Assembly: GCF_003918875.1 (NCBI RefSeq)
Contig: NW_025767403.1
Coordinates: 186,001 to 250,000 of the forward strand
Length of the DNA stretch: 64,000 bases
Direction of reading: 5' to 3'
DNA from: Haliotis rubra
Taxonomy: Eukaryota
In this document: positions 1-12,702 of the stretch, piece after piece
How the letters are laid out: each line of letters starts with the position of its first letter
How positions within the stretch are numbered: the first letter of the stretch is position 1
The notes under the pieces: generated by a model
Told to the model about the DNA's origin: nothing
Databases searched by the model: none
Seen by the model: the letters and a program-made list of their open reading frames with translations, nothing else
Position numbers and translations under genes: made by a program

Positions 1-304
1 TTTAAAATTGGAGAGGGGTGTGGGGTGAGGGTGGAGGTGTGGGGGCTTGGGTGGGGAGGGGGTGACAACCATTATTGGCATGAATATATATCGGAGGATA
101 TTTCTGTTTGGGATGCATGTCGGTTTATATTATTATTTCAAAACTTATTTCAGTTCATAAAGACCCTCGGTCAAAAGAAGTATACAAGTCAATATTGAAT
201 GTGACACTGAAGTCCCTTCTTGAGACGTCATGTGCACGTCACGTGAGATACTCACTGATATGATCCATGTAATATCGCCTGTGACATTTATTAGTGATAC
301 ATCA

Positions 305-438
305 GGGACGGTGGGGGTAATCTAAGATCCGGGTTTGATTCCCAAAATGGTTACAATCTATGGAGCCCATTTCTGGTACCTCCGTCATGATTTTGCTGAA
401 ATATTTCTAAAAGCGGCGTAAAACCCAACTCACTCACT
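305..438 (+). mobile_element. SINE family A, degraded
   Basis: Body and AAAGCGGCGTAAAAC..ACTCACTC tail. Confidence 0.75.
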
Positions 439-524
439 CTAATACATCACCACAGACCTAATCAGTCGATACGGTTATGATGGCTTAACTTCCTCATCAC
501 TCATGATACATCACAACAATCACC

Positions 525-3500
525 AGCAATTGATCTTTCCATCTGTTTTCGATTGCAATTGCATTTAGATGCGGTGGAGATCAAACCCATCTACGTATTT
601 GCTATATGTTAACAATGTATGAATAATTCCTAGTTAACCTGAATTAAAGCGACATAAACGCTGTAGGGATAAGGCATTGCGTGCATGTTGTCAGACACAC
701 CGTCGGGCAACCTGAGTGCGTCTCGCACCTGCGGAGGAATCCTCACACGATATACACTATTTTCATAGTGCATCATCCCAACAAGTGATTTACTAATTAA
801 AACTCCCGCGATACACAGACCACCACCCCATACATACCACACCCAGGGGTATCTCCCTCTACACATGTTTTGCCACCCCGGGGGTTGTAAAAGTTGACCA
901 CGCGGATCAAGAATGTTGAGATCAAGAAGAAAAAAAACGACAAATGTATTTCCATTGTCTTTAATTAACATCAAAGACACCGCCGTTTTAAACCCTCCTC
1001 CATCAATCACTGGGTAATTGAAACAATGTGTGATTTTATTGGACTTCCCATTGTCTCCTGTATCAGTAAAGACGATTGTTTCACACACTGAACTGATTAA
1101 TAAGTAATGCCCCATAAATATTCAACACTTTATAAATGTACCCCTTATTCTTGTGTCGGAAAGCGTACGTTAAATCACCAAATCATCATCGGCTCGATAA
1201 ACATAGTACGTGTATTTTTTATGGTTTTCTGTATGATTATGTTTCGTATCAATCCGAACTTCAAAATGTAGCTGTTAGAAGCTGGGGTTAAAATTCTCCC
1301 GGAAAATAGACAAACCAAATTCTTTATAAATAATCACTGATAATATTTGTGTTTATCAAGTGAATATTGTTATAGATACACCAATAAAATTCAGCAATGC
1401 ATTATATTAGAATTTACCCCAATTTATCTTAATATGTATGAAAGATATATTTATGTGTATAATATTTAAACACAGATTTGATTTTAGTCATAAAAAAAAA
1501 AAAACTGCATGAACTACACAATAATTATAAAGTCGGTAGCTAATATTACACTACCTATCCTATTTCATTATACACGAAGTACCTCGACCATCCTTAGATC
1601 ACAATAACAACAATGAGATCCTACTTGTTATTATGGAATCAACGTGTAATAACAATTACCGAATTTTCCAGGATCACATTACCTCAGGTATTGATGATTT
1701 CCAATCGATCACATGACAATAATTATCGACTTAAGCACAAGAGAGGTGACGTCAGAATTAATTCAATGGACGTCCAACGATCAATTGTCTGGTTCGTAAT
1801 TAAGGAGTTGAGCATAAGTCACAGGAAGTTTGTGTTTCGGATATATGTCGGGTGACAGTATTGTATTACAGTTATTCTGACTGGTATAATTACAGAGATT
1901 AATCTGTTTCGCATACTTCATTTTACGATTGCCATTAAACCAGAATAGCGAGTGACATAACATGTTTCTTAATATTGCCGGCGGTTTATACAAAAAAAAC
2001 CTGCATAAATTAAATAAATATATTCAAGAAAGACTGTCCATATGAGCAAGAAATGTCTGGCAATGTCCTCAGGAAAACAAATGGCTAAGGTTAGACAATT
2101 CCATTTAGAAAGTGGTCAAATGTAACATATGCTATATTTGGGATTACACTTTTTTTAGTAAAGTACAGATTTTTTGGCTTGAGCCCTATCCGGGGTTCGA
2201 ACCCACACCCTGGTGATTAGGTGCCGGACTCTGGGGGTGTGGGTTAGAATCCCGGATGGAACTCAAGCCCAAAGGAACTAGAATCTGTACTTTACGAAGA
2301 AAGTGTAATTCCGAATATAACACATGTGACAAATGGGTAAGGCACAAATACCGCAAAAATATTATCTTTATTTATCACAAAACAAAAAAGCCTTTGCGCA
2401 TGCAGCATACTGCGTCTTTTCAACCATGTTCTATACGGGTGGTGTTTTCTGGGTGTGGATATAGGAGCAATCAATCAGTTGATCTTTCGATCCGAGCACG
2501 ATTGCAATTGCACTTTGGAGCGGCAAAGATCAATCTCAACTTTGTTAATGAATTTCATCTGTAGGCAAATTCTATTTGCACCTGTATTGCAGATCACCAT
2601 CTTAATTCTTAATCAAAGGGAGTGAACCGCTGTAGAGATACACTTCTCGTGCATATTGTCAGGTCGGCCGTCGGACAACCTGAGTGCGTCTCGCACCTGA
2701 GGGGGGAATCCTCACACGACATACACTGTTTTCATAGTGTATCATCCCAACAAGTGATTTACTAATTAAAACTCCCGCGATACACAGACCCCACCCCCAT
2801 ACCACACCCAGGGGTATCTCCCTCTACACATGTTTTGCCACCCCAGGGGTCATAAAAGTGTGATCAAGCCGAAAACAAAGCGAAAATATATTCCCATTGT
2901 TTTTCATTAACATCAAAGACGCCGGGGTTTTTTTTTTAACCTCCTCCTTCAATCACGGGGTAATTGAAACAATGTGTGATTTTATTGGACTTCAAACTGT
3001 CTCCTGTGTTCGTAGAGACTACAGTTTCACACACTAAACTGATTAATAAGTAACGCCCAATAAAACTTCAACACTTATACTTACTTTCTCGACAATACAG
3101 TACGCGTAGTTTTCATAGTTCTTCAATGATTGATACTTTTTCTGTATGATTGAGTTCCGCGTCAATCAGAACTTAAATATGCAGTTCAATAATACACCCC
3201 TTTTCTCCGTGATACAGTTTCGCATCGATCCGAGCCTCAGAATGTATCTCTTCAAAGCCGGATTAAAATATCTCCTGGAAAATATACATAAGAAGTATTC
3301 TTGCTTGTCAAGTGAATATTGCTCATATATAGACCTATAAAATTCAACATTATTATTAGACGTTAGCCCAACGACATTTATTTTATAATATATATGAATA
3401 GTGGGTTTAAATGCATGATATTAAAAGATTTGATTCAGTCCTTAGATTAAAAATGCATATAACTACACAGTTTAAAGTCGTGAGCTGTACTACTTATACT

Positions 3501-4448
3501 ATTTCATTATATAGGACAGAGTTTTATTCTCTTAAGTCACGAAGTACTTGTACCATAGATCACAATGATATAGGGATACTAAATGTTATTATGGAATTAA
3601 CAAGTGATAACAATTACCGAATTTTCCAGGATCACATAACCTGAGGTATTGGCGCTTTCCAATCGATCACATGACAATAATTATCGAATTAAGGGCAAGA
3701 GAGGTGACGTCAGAATTAATTCAGTGGACGTCCAGCGATCAATTGTCTTGTTCGTAATTAAGGAGTTGAGCATAAGTCACAGGAAGTTTGTGTTTCAGAT
3801 ATATGTCGGGTGACAGTATTGTATTACAGTTCTTCTGATTGGTTTAATTAGAGAGTTTATTCTGTTTCGCATGCTTCATTTTACGATTGCCTTTAAACCA
3901 TAAGTTTCTTAATATTTCCGAAGATTTATATAAAAAACTGTAATCATAAAATATAGGCGAGAAAAGCCTGTCCATATTACCAAGACATCTCTAGCAAGAG
4001 CACTCTTGGACAAGTTGGAATGGTTCAGTGTCGTCAGGAATACAAGCTGCTAAAGCACAGGGCCACATTTGATACATACAGTCAGCACAAAAAATAACTG
4101 TATATGCATATCTGTAAAAAAAAGTGACACGGTAATAAACTAATTTTCTTCTTCTTCTATAACAACCGTTTAATTTTTTTCCTGATGTACTTGTAATTTC
4201 CTGAGGATGAATAAAAGACTATATACTACTGCGTCTTCTAAACCTTGTTCTATGCGGGTAGTATATTATAACATATCTCTAAGTTTTACTATGTGTGTAT
4301 AGGGATATATTTTATCTATGCATTGTTTTATGGATTTTATGTGTCTCGTAGGCCTGTAAAGGCCGGGCAGATGTTTCATATGTGATACAGAAGATTTTAT
4401 ATATTATTTTTATATATTATGTAAACATCTGCGTGACACAATAATAAA

Positions 4449-4489
<41 letters not shown>

Positions 4490-5070
4490 TATATCCTTGG
4501 TGTGTAAACACTTGCAATCAATCAGTTGATCTTTCGATCCGAGCTCGATTACAAGTGGATTTTGGGGCGGCAAACATCAATCTCATCTTTCTTAATTAAT
4601 TTCATCTGCAGGCAAATTACAGTTGCACCCTTAATGGAAGATCACCATTATCTTAATTCTTAATCAAAGGGAGTGAACCGCTGTAGGGATACACTTTTCG
4701 TGCATATTGTCAGGTTGGCCGTCGGACAACTTGAGTGCGTCTCGCACCTGCGGGGGGAATCGTCACGATATACACTGTTTTCATAGTGCATCATCCCAAC
4801 AAGTGATTTACTAATTAAAACTCCCGCGATACACAAACCCCACCCCCATACCACACCCAGGGGTATCTCCCTCTACACATGTTTTGACACCCAGGGGTCA
4901 TAAAAGCGTGATCAAGTAGAAAAAAAGCGAACAATTTCTTCTTCTTTTGTTTTTGATTCACATCAAAGATACCGCCGTTTTAAACCCGGATTCACCAATC
5001 ACGTTGTGATTGAAATGGTGGTTTTATTCTTTTTTCATTGTCTCCTGTGTTAGTAAAAACACTAATTTAG
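525..5070. repeat. Tandem segmental duplication, ~2 kb unit: about 525-2090, 2405-4056, 4227-5070 (partial)
   Basis: Blocks 690-900/2650-2870/4700-4910 and 1630-1950/3595-3900 are near identical. Confidence 0.85.
2092..2328. mobile_element. Palindromic element with inverted tRNA-like modules, 14 bp TSD
   Basis: Arms are reverse complements; B-box-like GGTTCGAAYCC in both arms; flanks ACAAATGGCTAAGG / ACAAATGGGTAAGG. Confidence 0.8.
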
Positions 5071-5230
5071 GACGTTGAAGAATTCACCTCAGAGAAATTC
5101 TGACAAATTATGAAACTGACATATACTTTCTCAATGAACTGGTCCTTCTACAGGAAACCATTTTCTTTTGATAAAAGTCACGAAGACTTAAAAATATTAT
5201 GCGCGCTAGTATAGATGTTCAGTTGAGAAA

Positions 5231-5520
5231 AGTGAGTGAGTTTAGTTTTACGCCGCACTCAGCAATATTCCAGCTATATGACGGCAGTCTGTAAATAATC
5301 GAGTCTGAACCAGACAATCCAGTGATCAACAGCATGATCTGCGCAATTGGGAACCGATAACATGTGTCAGCCAAGTCAGCGAACCTGACCACCCGATTCC
5401 GTTAGTCGCCTCTTATGACAAGCATGGGTTACTGAAGATCAATTTTCTAGACTCGATAATTTACAGAGCGCCTCCATATAGCTGGAATATTACTGAGTGC
5501 GGTGTAAAACTAAACTCACT
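5231..5520 (-). mobile_element. SINE family B plus an inverted 3' fragment
   Basis: Similarity to 16739-16978; 5451-5520 is on the opposite strand. Confidence 0.85.
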
Positions 5521-6022
5521 CTATTTCTATAAGACTGTGTTACACTTTCGCATCTTGTAACCCTGGTTTGGGGATAAAAACTAATCACATCCATTCAATT
5601 CCATGATAAAACAATAACTACTGAAGCAGAGTCCATTGTGTTTTCGACAATATCATGCGCATATGTTTTATTTTAGACAGTCTCTGAAACGCATTATTTT
5701 CCCTTCCTCCCAGCTCTTTCTGCAGTGCCTAGGCACTAAATGAAACAAATCCTGATTCCCGTAGGCTCTGAATTTCTTATCCCACTGGGGCTCCTTTTGA
5801 ATTTTAAGGAAGAAGAAAGTAAAATATATAATGCATCCATAAAGACGGACTATAAGATCACCTACATACAACATCACAATACCCACACCCAGTAAACATA
5901 TATAGTGAAAAGATGGGTGGGCTTTTTTACTTTTCGGCGCCTAAGCATTAGTGATACCAGTAAAGGAATTATTTGTTTCTATCAAAGCTACAGATATTCT
6001 AAGCGTTAGTCTAATAGTATGT

Positions 6023-6181
6023 GGGGCGGTGGGGTAGCCTAGTGGTTAAAGCGTTGCTCGTCACGCCGAAGACCCGGGTTCGAATCTCCACATGGGTACA
6101 ATGTGTGAAGCCCATTTCTGGTGTCCCCCGCCGTGATGTTGCTAGAATATTGCTAAAAGCGGCGTAAAACAAAACTCAGTC
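6023..6181 (+). mobile_element. SINE family A (tRNA-derived head, ~165 bp), full length
   Basis: A box TAGCCTAGTGG, B box GGTTCGAATC, GTC in the anticodon-like loop; (AGTC)n tail; 15 bp TSD AGTCTAATAGTATGT. Confidence 0.92.
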
Positions 6182-6299
6182 AGTCTAATAGTATGTCTTA
6201 AGTTATGGGTATCAGGTGCAATGTGTTGTAGCGTATCTACATAAACAAAATAAAATTGTAAAAAGTAATGTTAGCAGCGTCACCATGTAACATTCTTCT

Positions 6300-6820
6300 T
6301 GAGCTAAAATATATTGTAACATTTATCATATTGTAACATTTATCGACAATACATGTACATGTAGTTCAACATCTTTTTAACAATGTAACATTCAATGTTA
6401 ACAAAATCACCATGGAACATTATATTATATTGTAACAATTATCGACAAAACTACAGTTCAACGTCTTTTTAAGAATGTAACATTCAATTGTCAACAAAAT
6501 TACCATGGAACATTATATCATATTGTAACAATTATCGACAAAACTACAGTTCAACATCGCTTTAACAATGTAACATTCAATTGTCAACAAAATCACCATG
6601 GAACATTATATTATATTGTAACAATTATCGACAAAACTACAGTTCAACGTCTTTTTAAGAATGTAACATTCAATTGTCAACAAAATTACCATGGAACATT
6701 ACATCATATTGTAACAATTATCGACAAAACTACAATTCAACGTCTTTTTAACAATGTAACATTCAATTGTCAACAAAATTACCATGCAACATTATATTAT
6801 ATTGTAACAATTATCTGCAA
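6300..6820. repeat. Minisatellite, 93 bp unit, about 5.5 copies
   Basis: TCAACAAAAT recurs at 6491, 6584, 6677, 6770. Confidence 0.92.
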
Positions 6821-7046
6821 AACAACTGTATTGTCTGGTCGGTTACCCCGTCTCGCCCAGGCTCGATTTGTTTACAAACAACATCATACAGCTGAAATAC
6901 TGCTGAAGCAAATGTATGCTCATGATACAGTGACATTTGTACAATCGAATGAATGTGAACAGGGTTTTGTCGCTTATATTTCTACCAACAATGTGACATT
7001 CAATGTCAGCAAAAGTACCATATAACGTTCGCCAGCTATATTAGAT

Positions 7047-7300
7047 TGTAGGAAAAAAAGAATCAGGAAAAAAAGAATTTTTATTCTTTTTTTTCCTGAT
7101 TTTTTTTCCTGATGCTTTTTACCCGATTATTGTAGGAAAAAAAGAATCAGGGAAAAAAGAATCAGGAAAAAAAGAAACGGAAAAAAAGAATCAGGAAATA
7201 AAGAATCAGTTTATAAAAAAGCTTACAGTCAGTATATTGTTAAGGGATTAACTGGCTTTAATTGATTCTTTTTCTTCCGATTATTTTTTTCCGATTACCG
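7047..7300. repeat. MITE-like element built of direct and inverted GGAAAAAAAGAATC units
   Basis: Motif repeated about 8-10 times in both orientations. Confidence 0.6.
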
Positions 7301-9485
7301 TTATATTACAGTGTAACATTCACCAGCTATATTTAAGCTGTTTTCATCTTCAACATAAGTACTGACCGGTAATTCTAATTACAGAAATTCTATGTTGCAG
7401 TCCATTGCTAGAGGTACATGTAATCTTGATTTTGCGAAAGGAGAAAAAAGAACTAAATATAATTCCACAATCCTCGGGATGGGGTGGTAATTTTATATCG
7501 TAAATAATAAATAGTAAAATTCCCAGAAATACCTCTGTAAATCTGCTCCAGACTATGGAATCAAATGAAATTCTCCCACACAAAAATGAATCTGGTGCCA
7601 GACTTAATAAAAGTAAATAACACCACAAAGTTCCCGAAATTAATATAATTATTTGACCTTTCGCTATAAATTATTCCAATGATAACGTGATAGTACACAT
7701 CACTTCATGGGAACCTGATCAAACCACTTGAATTTGTGAACCTACTTCTAAAAATGTTGATCACATATGTTATATAACTCACACAGACATATGCCCTAAG
7801 ATTGTGATAAATATTGTTCGGTCATCACGTGACTGGTACGCGGTGCTTTGATCTCCTGCTGACTGGTCGGGGCTTTGTAAACTAGTGTGATCAACTCGTA
7901 CGTCCAGGTTTCGGGAAACCGGTAAACTGTACATCGGGTAAGACGGTTTGGATGATCGAATTATTTGTTTGAGATGCGTTCCATGTGCGAAATCAGAGTC
8001 ATTATATAACGTGGAGCACGACCTCTGCTTCGAGATGTTGGCCGACAAATAGTGAACGTTTTACCCAAAAGCACTTGTGTGCCATTGATAAAGTATGAAA
8101 CGGCCTCGATTACAGAATGGAATGAGAATACATTTGTAGAATTGTTTTAATGGTTCTTTTGAACTGTTTCTTGCTCTTCGCGCACATAATGACATAGTTT
8201 TCCCTGAAAGGGGTAATGTGGTCCATGAAGCACGGGGTGAATTATATGTCTTAGCTAAAGTCTGAACTAGTCGAGTACTGACTGCGGTATGTTCCAACAA
8301 GTATTGTAAACCAAAAGTCACTGTGTTCTTTAATCTGATTGGTTGAAAAACGTGATCAAATTGTATTCGATTCCCGGAAATTCGCTGCGTATTAATACAT
8401 GCAAACATCGCTCACACCATTGTATTGTTACGTCGTCAGCTGTGATGACGTCATTAAAATCATATTGTGACGTAAAGTCGGTTCCAAATGAATTCCCGTG
8501 CTTCAAATACTCAATAACACCCGGAAATTGGCCAACACATGATGTTTATCTCCTAATTGGGAATGGGAGATCTACTCCCCCCGTAATCATCATGAGTTGA
8601 AATTTACAAATTCAGTATAATATACAAACCATTTCATTGTCAGGCTATTTATTGTCACATGAAACTTGTTCTATACAAACGCGTCCTCTTTTCTACTTTT
8701 GGGACGACCACCATGACATTATGATGACGACGACTACGATGGTGGAGGTGGTAGTATTGGTGGTGGCGTCGACGACGAAGATGACGACCAACCGTTTCGA
8801 TTCCGATTGACTCGTACGATAAACCACGTACAATATTCAAATGTTAACCTGTTTCCACATAACACTTAGCTAAGGGTGAGTCTCCGGGACATAATTCCCC
8901 TTGTTTTCAAAGTAAATCTCTCTAACAAACGATTTGTAAATGAAATCTCTAGTACCATCCCCGAAGACATACTGGCATACTGGTGTCCCCTTCTAAACAT
9001 GTTTTGTCACCCCCGGGGTCATAAGAAATGATCACACCATCAACAAAGATCAAGTAGCATAAAAAGATGTCCGAGATTCTTCTTGTCCCCGATGCCATCA
9101 AAAGGACCGCTAGATTGGCGTCCCTCCTTGGACATGCTTGTGGCAAGTTCAGACGATCTTCGTGTACCAATAGAAATGTTGCCATTTGAACATACAATGT
9201 TTGTATGGCGCTTTGAAAAACAACCCACAACACAATACAGCCTATCAACACTTTAAAACTGTTATTACATTCTATTATTTTGTGTGGACGATAGCGTTGA
9301 TCAACTTTAGATTTACGAATATTATGAACATTAAAATGGATCACACCAAATAACAAAATAACATAAATCCTCCATTGCCATAATTATATGTATTTATCCT
9401 TTATTTATCACTGTCTACAATAAAAATTATATGCAGAACAACATTAGAAACACACCACCCATATTATACGAAATATCCCCGTGAT

Positions 9486-9735
9486 ATATTTGTGATATCA
9501 GTAATGCTTTGCATAAAGGCCTTTTGATAAAGTTTGGCATAAAGGCATAATATCAAAACTTAAGAGCTATGGTATCGATGGATCTCTTTTGAATTGGTTC
9601 CAAGGTTCCGTCTTGGGACCACTTCTCTTCATTGTGGACATCAACGATATAGTAGATGGAATAGAAAGTCACATTCGTCTCTTTGCGGATGACAGATCAT
9701 TATGTAATTGTAGATGATCCCAATGTTGCCGCAGC
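9486..9735 (+). mobile_element. CR1/L2-clade LINE reverse transcriptase fragment
   Basis: Translates AFDKVWHKGIISKLKSYGIDGSLLNWF/QGSVLGPLLFIVDINDIVDGIESHIRLFADD, with an internal deletion. Confidence 0.88.
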
Positions 9736-11227
9736 TTGTCTCAAGGATGTTCTAAACCGATTCTACTGGCAGGAAATTCTTTACCTTTTCGAGGGCACTT
9801 GCTGTCATCATTGTTTTTCAGCAGAACAGAACAGAACATAGACTTTCTTAAGACTTGGACCAGCTGGTTCCTCGTCTTGAAATTGCAAACAAATAAGTAC
9901 ATAAGTACAATGATCCGTTCATATAGTGTTATTGCTCTCTGCCCCAATGGAATATGTTTATGAATATACTCCAGGCTGATCACTCTATGCCGACGACTTA
10001 AACTTTAAACCAATGAGCATAATTTCCCCGGGCACCTCATTGTGAACTACTTGAGAGAAACTGGTCTCTATTACATATTGTAACTATGTGATATGATTTT
10101 TTCCGTTTGTAAATGATAATGTTTTGAAGAAATATGCATTTCAAGAAACTCCTTTGGACTCAGTAATGCCGATGCGACATAATATTTTAACTCGCTCACT
10201 CTTGTTTTCTGTTTTTCTTAAACAATGTACTTTTTGTTACAATGTACTAAATGTCCAATCGGTATGGATTTAAACATTGCGATAATAATAATACTTTTTC
10301 ACGGTTGAATGTCATTTAAACAGGCCAACAGAGTATCAAATACATTTCAAAGAATAAACATGAGGAGTTATTCTAATAAGTCATAGTTTTTTAAACAAAA
10401 CACAGTGAAACTAGTCTCTGAGCTGTTTATAAAGGTTTTGATCATTTCGAATTAGAAGAGCAAGTTAAATTTTGAGAAATTACACAGTTTTAAAAAGTCG
10501 GCATCGTGAAACATTGTGTCGCTCTTCCACGCAACCGTGTCCAGTGAACTTATGATCTAGGTATGCCTTGTAAGATTGAAGCTCGTTCTATAAAATAAAA
10601 TACTTAAATTACAGAGCGGGGTTGCAAGTCATCTTGCTGTATTTCACCCACAACAATGCACCTGTGTACATTTAACACCGTCTCTCGTATTTGGTTGATC
10701 CGTGTTTCACCGTGAATCAAAATCTGTTTCTTACCACGCCCTCCTTTTTAATCACCTACATGTCTTTCTGGGTGATTTGTTGCAAGTATGATTATCGTTC
10801 CATGATATTGTACCGATGCTAAATCATAATCCGTTTTCTGACAATCCTGTTTTTCAAACGATCTTTCCTTCCGGGTCATCAAGCATTCATTGTCAGGTTC
10901 CATAAGCCCCTTCGGAATCTCTATACTTATTGAACTCTCTAGATAGTAATGGTGCTGCATTTTGACATACGTATATACTGCGTATATATATACTGCTTTC
11001 TAATTAAATATATTCAAATGGAAACTATTAAGCACCGCATCCAATATATTTCTACTCTATAAATCTCAACTTGTATTGAGGACACGCGTTAGTGTAGGTG
11101 TTGGAGACAGAAAGACTTGAACCCATTACAAAATCACAAATACATCCCCATCTAATTTCTAATCTCCTATATTCTTAAAACTCATGAATTCATTATTTTT
11201 TAATTTGCATGCCTATATGTTTTACCT

Positions 11228-11367
11228 NNNNNNNNNNNNNNNNNNNNNNNNNNNNNNNNNNNNNNNNNNNNNNNNNNNNNNNNNNNNNNNNNNNNNNNNN
11301 NNNNNNNNNNNNNNNNNNNNNNNNNNNNNNNNNNNNNNNNNNNNNNNNNNNNNNNNNNNNNNNNNNN
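11228..11367. other. Assembly gap
   Basis: N run. Confidence 0.99.
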
Positions 11368-12562
11368 GTCACCCCCTTTAATTTTATTAACTGGAGAGGG
11401 GGTGGGTGTGTGAGGTGGGGGGTTGGGGGAGGGGGATGACAACCATCATTAGCATGAGTATATATATTTTATATATATTATATTATATATATTTCACACA
11501 TTGTAATGGATGATATTTCTAAATATTGTTTGTCAATCCATCAACGTTTAGAGCATTTTCATCGATGGAATATTATACCCAAAAAAACCTGTGTTTCGAT
11601 TCACATTTTGTAATATATATCAGAAAACAAATTCTTTTTACTTAAATGAAATTTAACATGAATGTTCATTTCATCTTTTTAGACACACAGGATCACGGAC
11701 AGAAATCTGAATCAGAAAATCAAATTTGTAATCTCGGGATTAGGATAATGGATGTCAGATTAAGGAGGAAGTTGCAGGGAAAATATTTTTAGACTTACGG
11801 CACTAGATTAAATGATGTTTTGTTCTGATCATGGGATTACATGTATTTAGTGTCAATGTTGTTGATAAGGTAATGGGATCCGTCTCAGCTAAAACATACG
11901 GCTGACATACACTGTGACTGGAGCCATGTGTTAAGATCTGGGTGACACGTATTGTTGACCTTTTTAAACACTTTTCCCGGTTATATCATTTTATATTCAA
12001 TTTCCACCTTTATTTGACTTTTCGAAATTGGAAAGTTGGCCCAAAATATTACGTCACTCATAAATAAATCCCGTGGGATAATTGGCCCACCAAGCATATT
12101 TTTATTTTTCATTTATTTGGTTATTTTATTTTTATTTATGTATTTTTAAATAATTTCTTTTAGTTTTACTGAACACATTGTTTTAATTGTTTATTATTGC
12201 ACCGATGTTGCAATGATTTCGTACGGTTGTTTATGAACCAAAGGCAGATGTCTTGCATAAAAATGGGCATTGAAAGATTGACAAATGAATGTTGCTCTAT
12301 GATATGACATGGGCAGCAGTATCTCCACAACTTACACGTTAAGACATCGTGGAATAGGGCGCTGATCTGTCTGTGGCATTCCGAACATTCTGTGGAAATG
12401 ACTTATTGTCATGGACCAACCTTCAAATTCATATCCTGGCCTAGTTCAGGGTGAAGTGATAGAAGACAAAATTATCTTTCTGACACTGTCTTAGTTGGAG
12501 GAAGGGGAATTTCACTTTCTTATCCTGAAAGGAGATGTCACGCAGAGAGTATTGCATCACGC

Positions 12563-12702
12563 TACTTTAAGCAATATTCCGGCAATATCACGGCAGTGGT
12601 CATCTGATATAGGCTTCACTAAATATATCCGTTATGGGGTTCGAACCCAGGTCTTCGGTGTAACGAGCAATTGCTTTAACCACCGGGTTACCCACAGCCC
12701 CT
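12563..12702 (-). mobile_element. SINE family A, degraded
   Basis: Reverse-complement similarity to 6023-6181. Confidence 0.65.

Noticed and set aside
6023-6100. tRNA-Asp-like gene (and similar heads elsewhere)
   Set aside because: These are SINE heads with body, tail and TSDs; no proper acceptor stem
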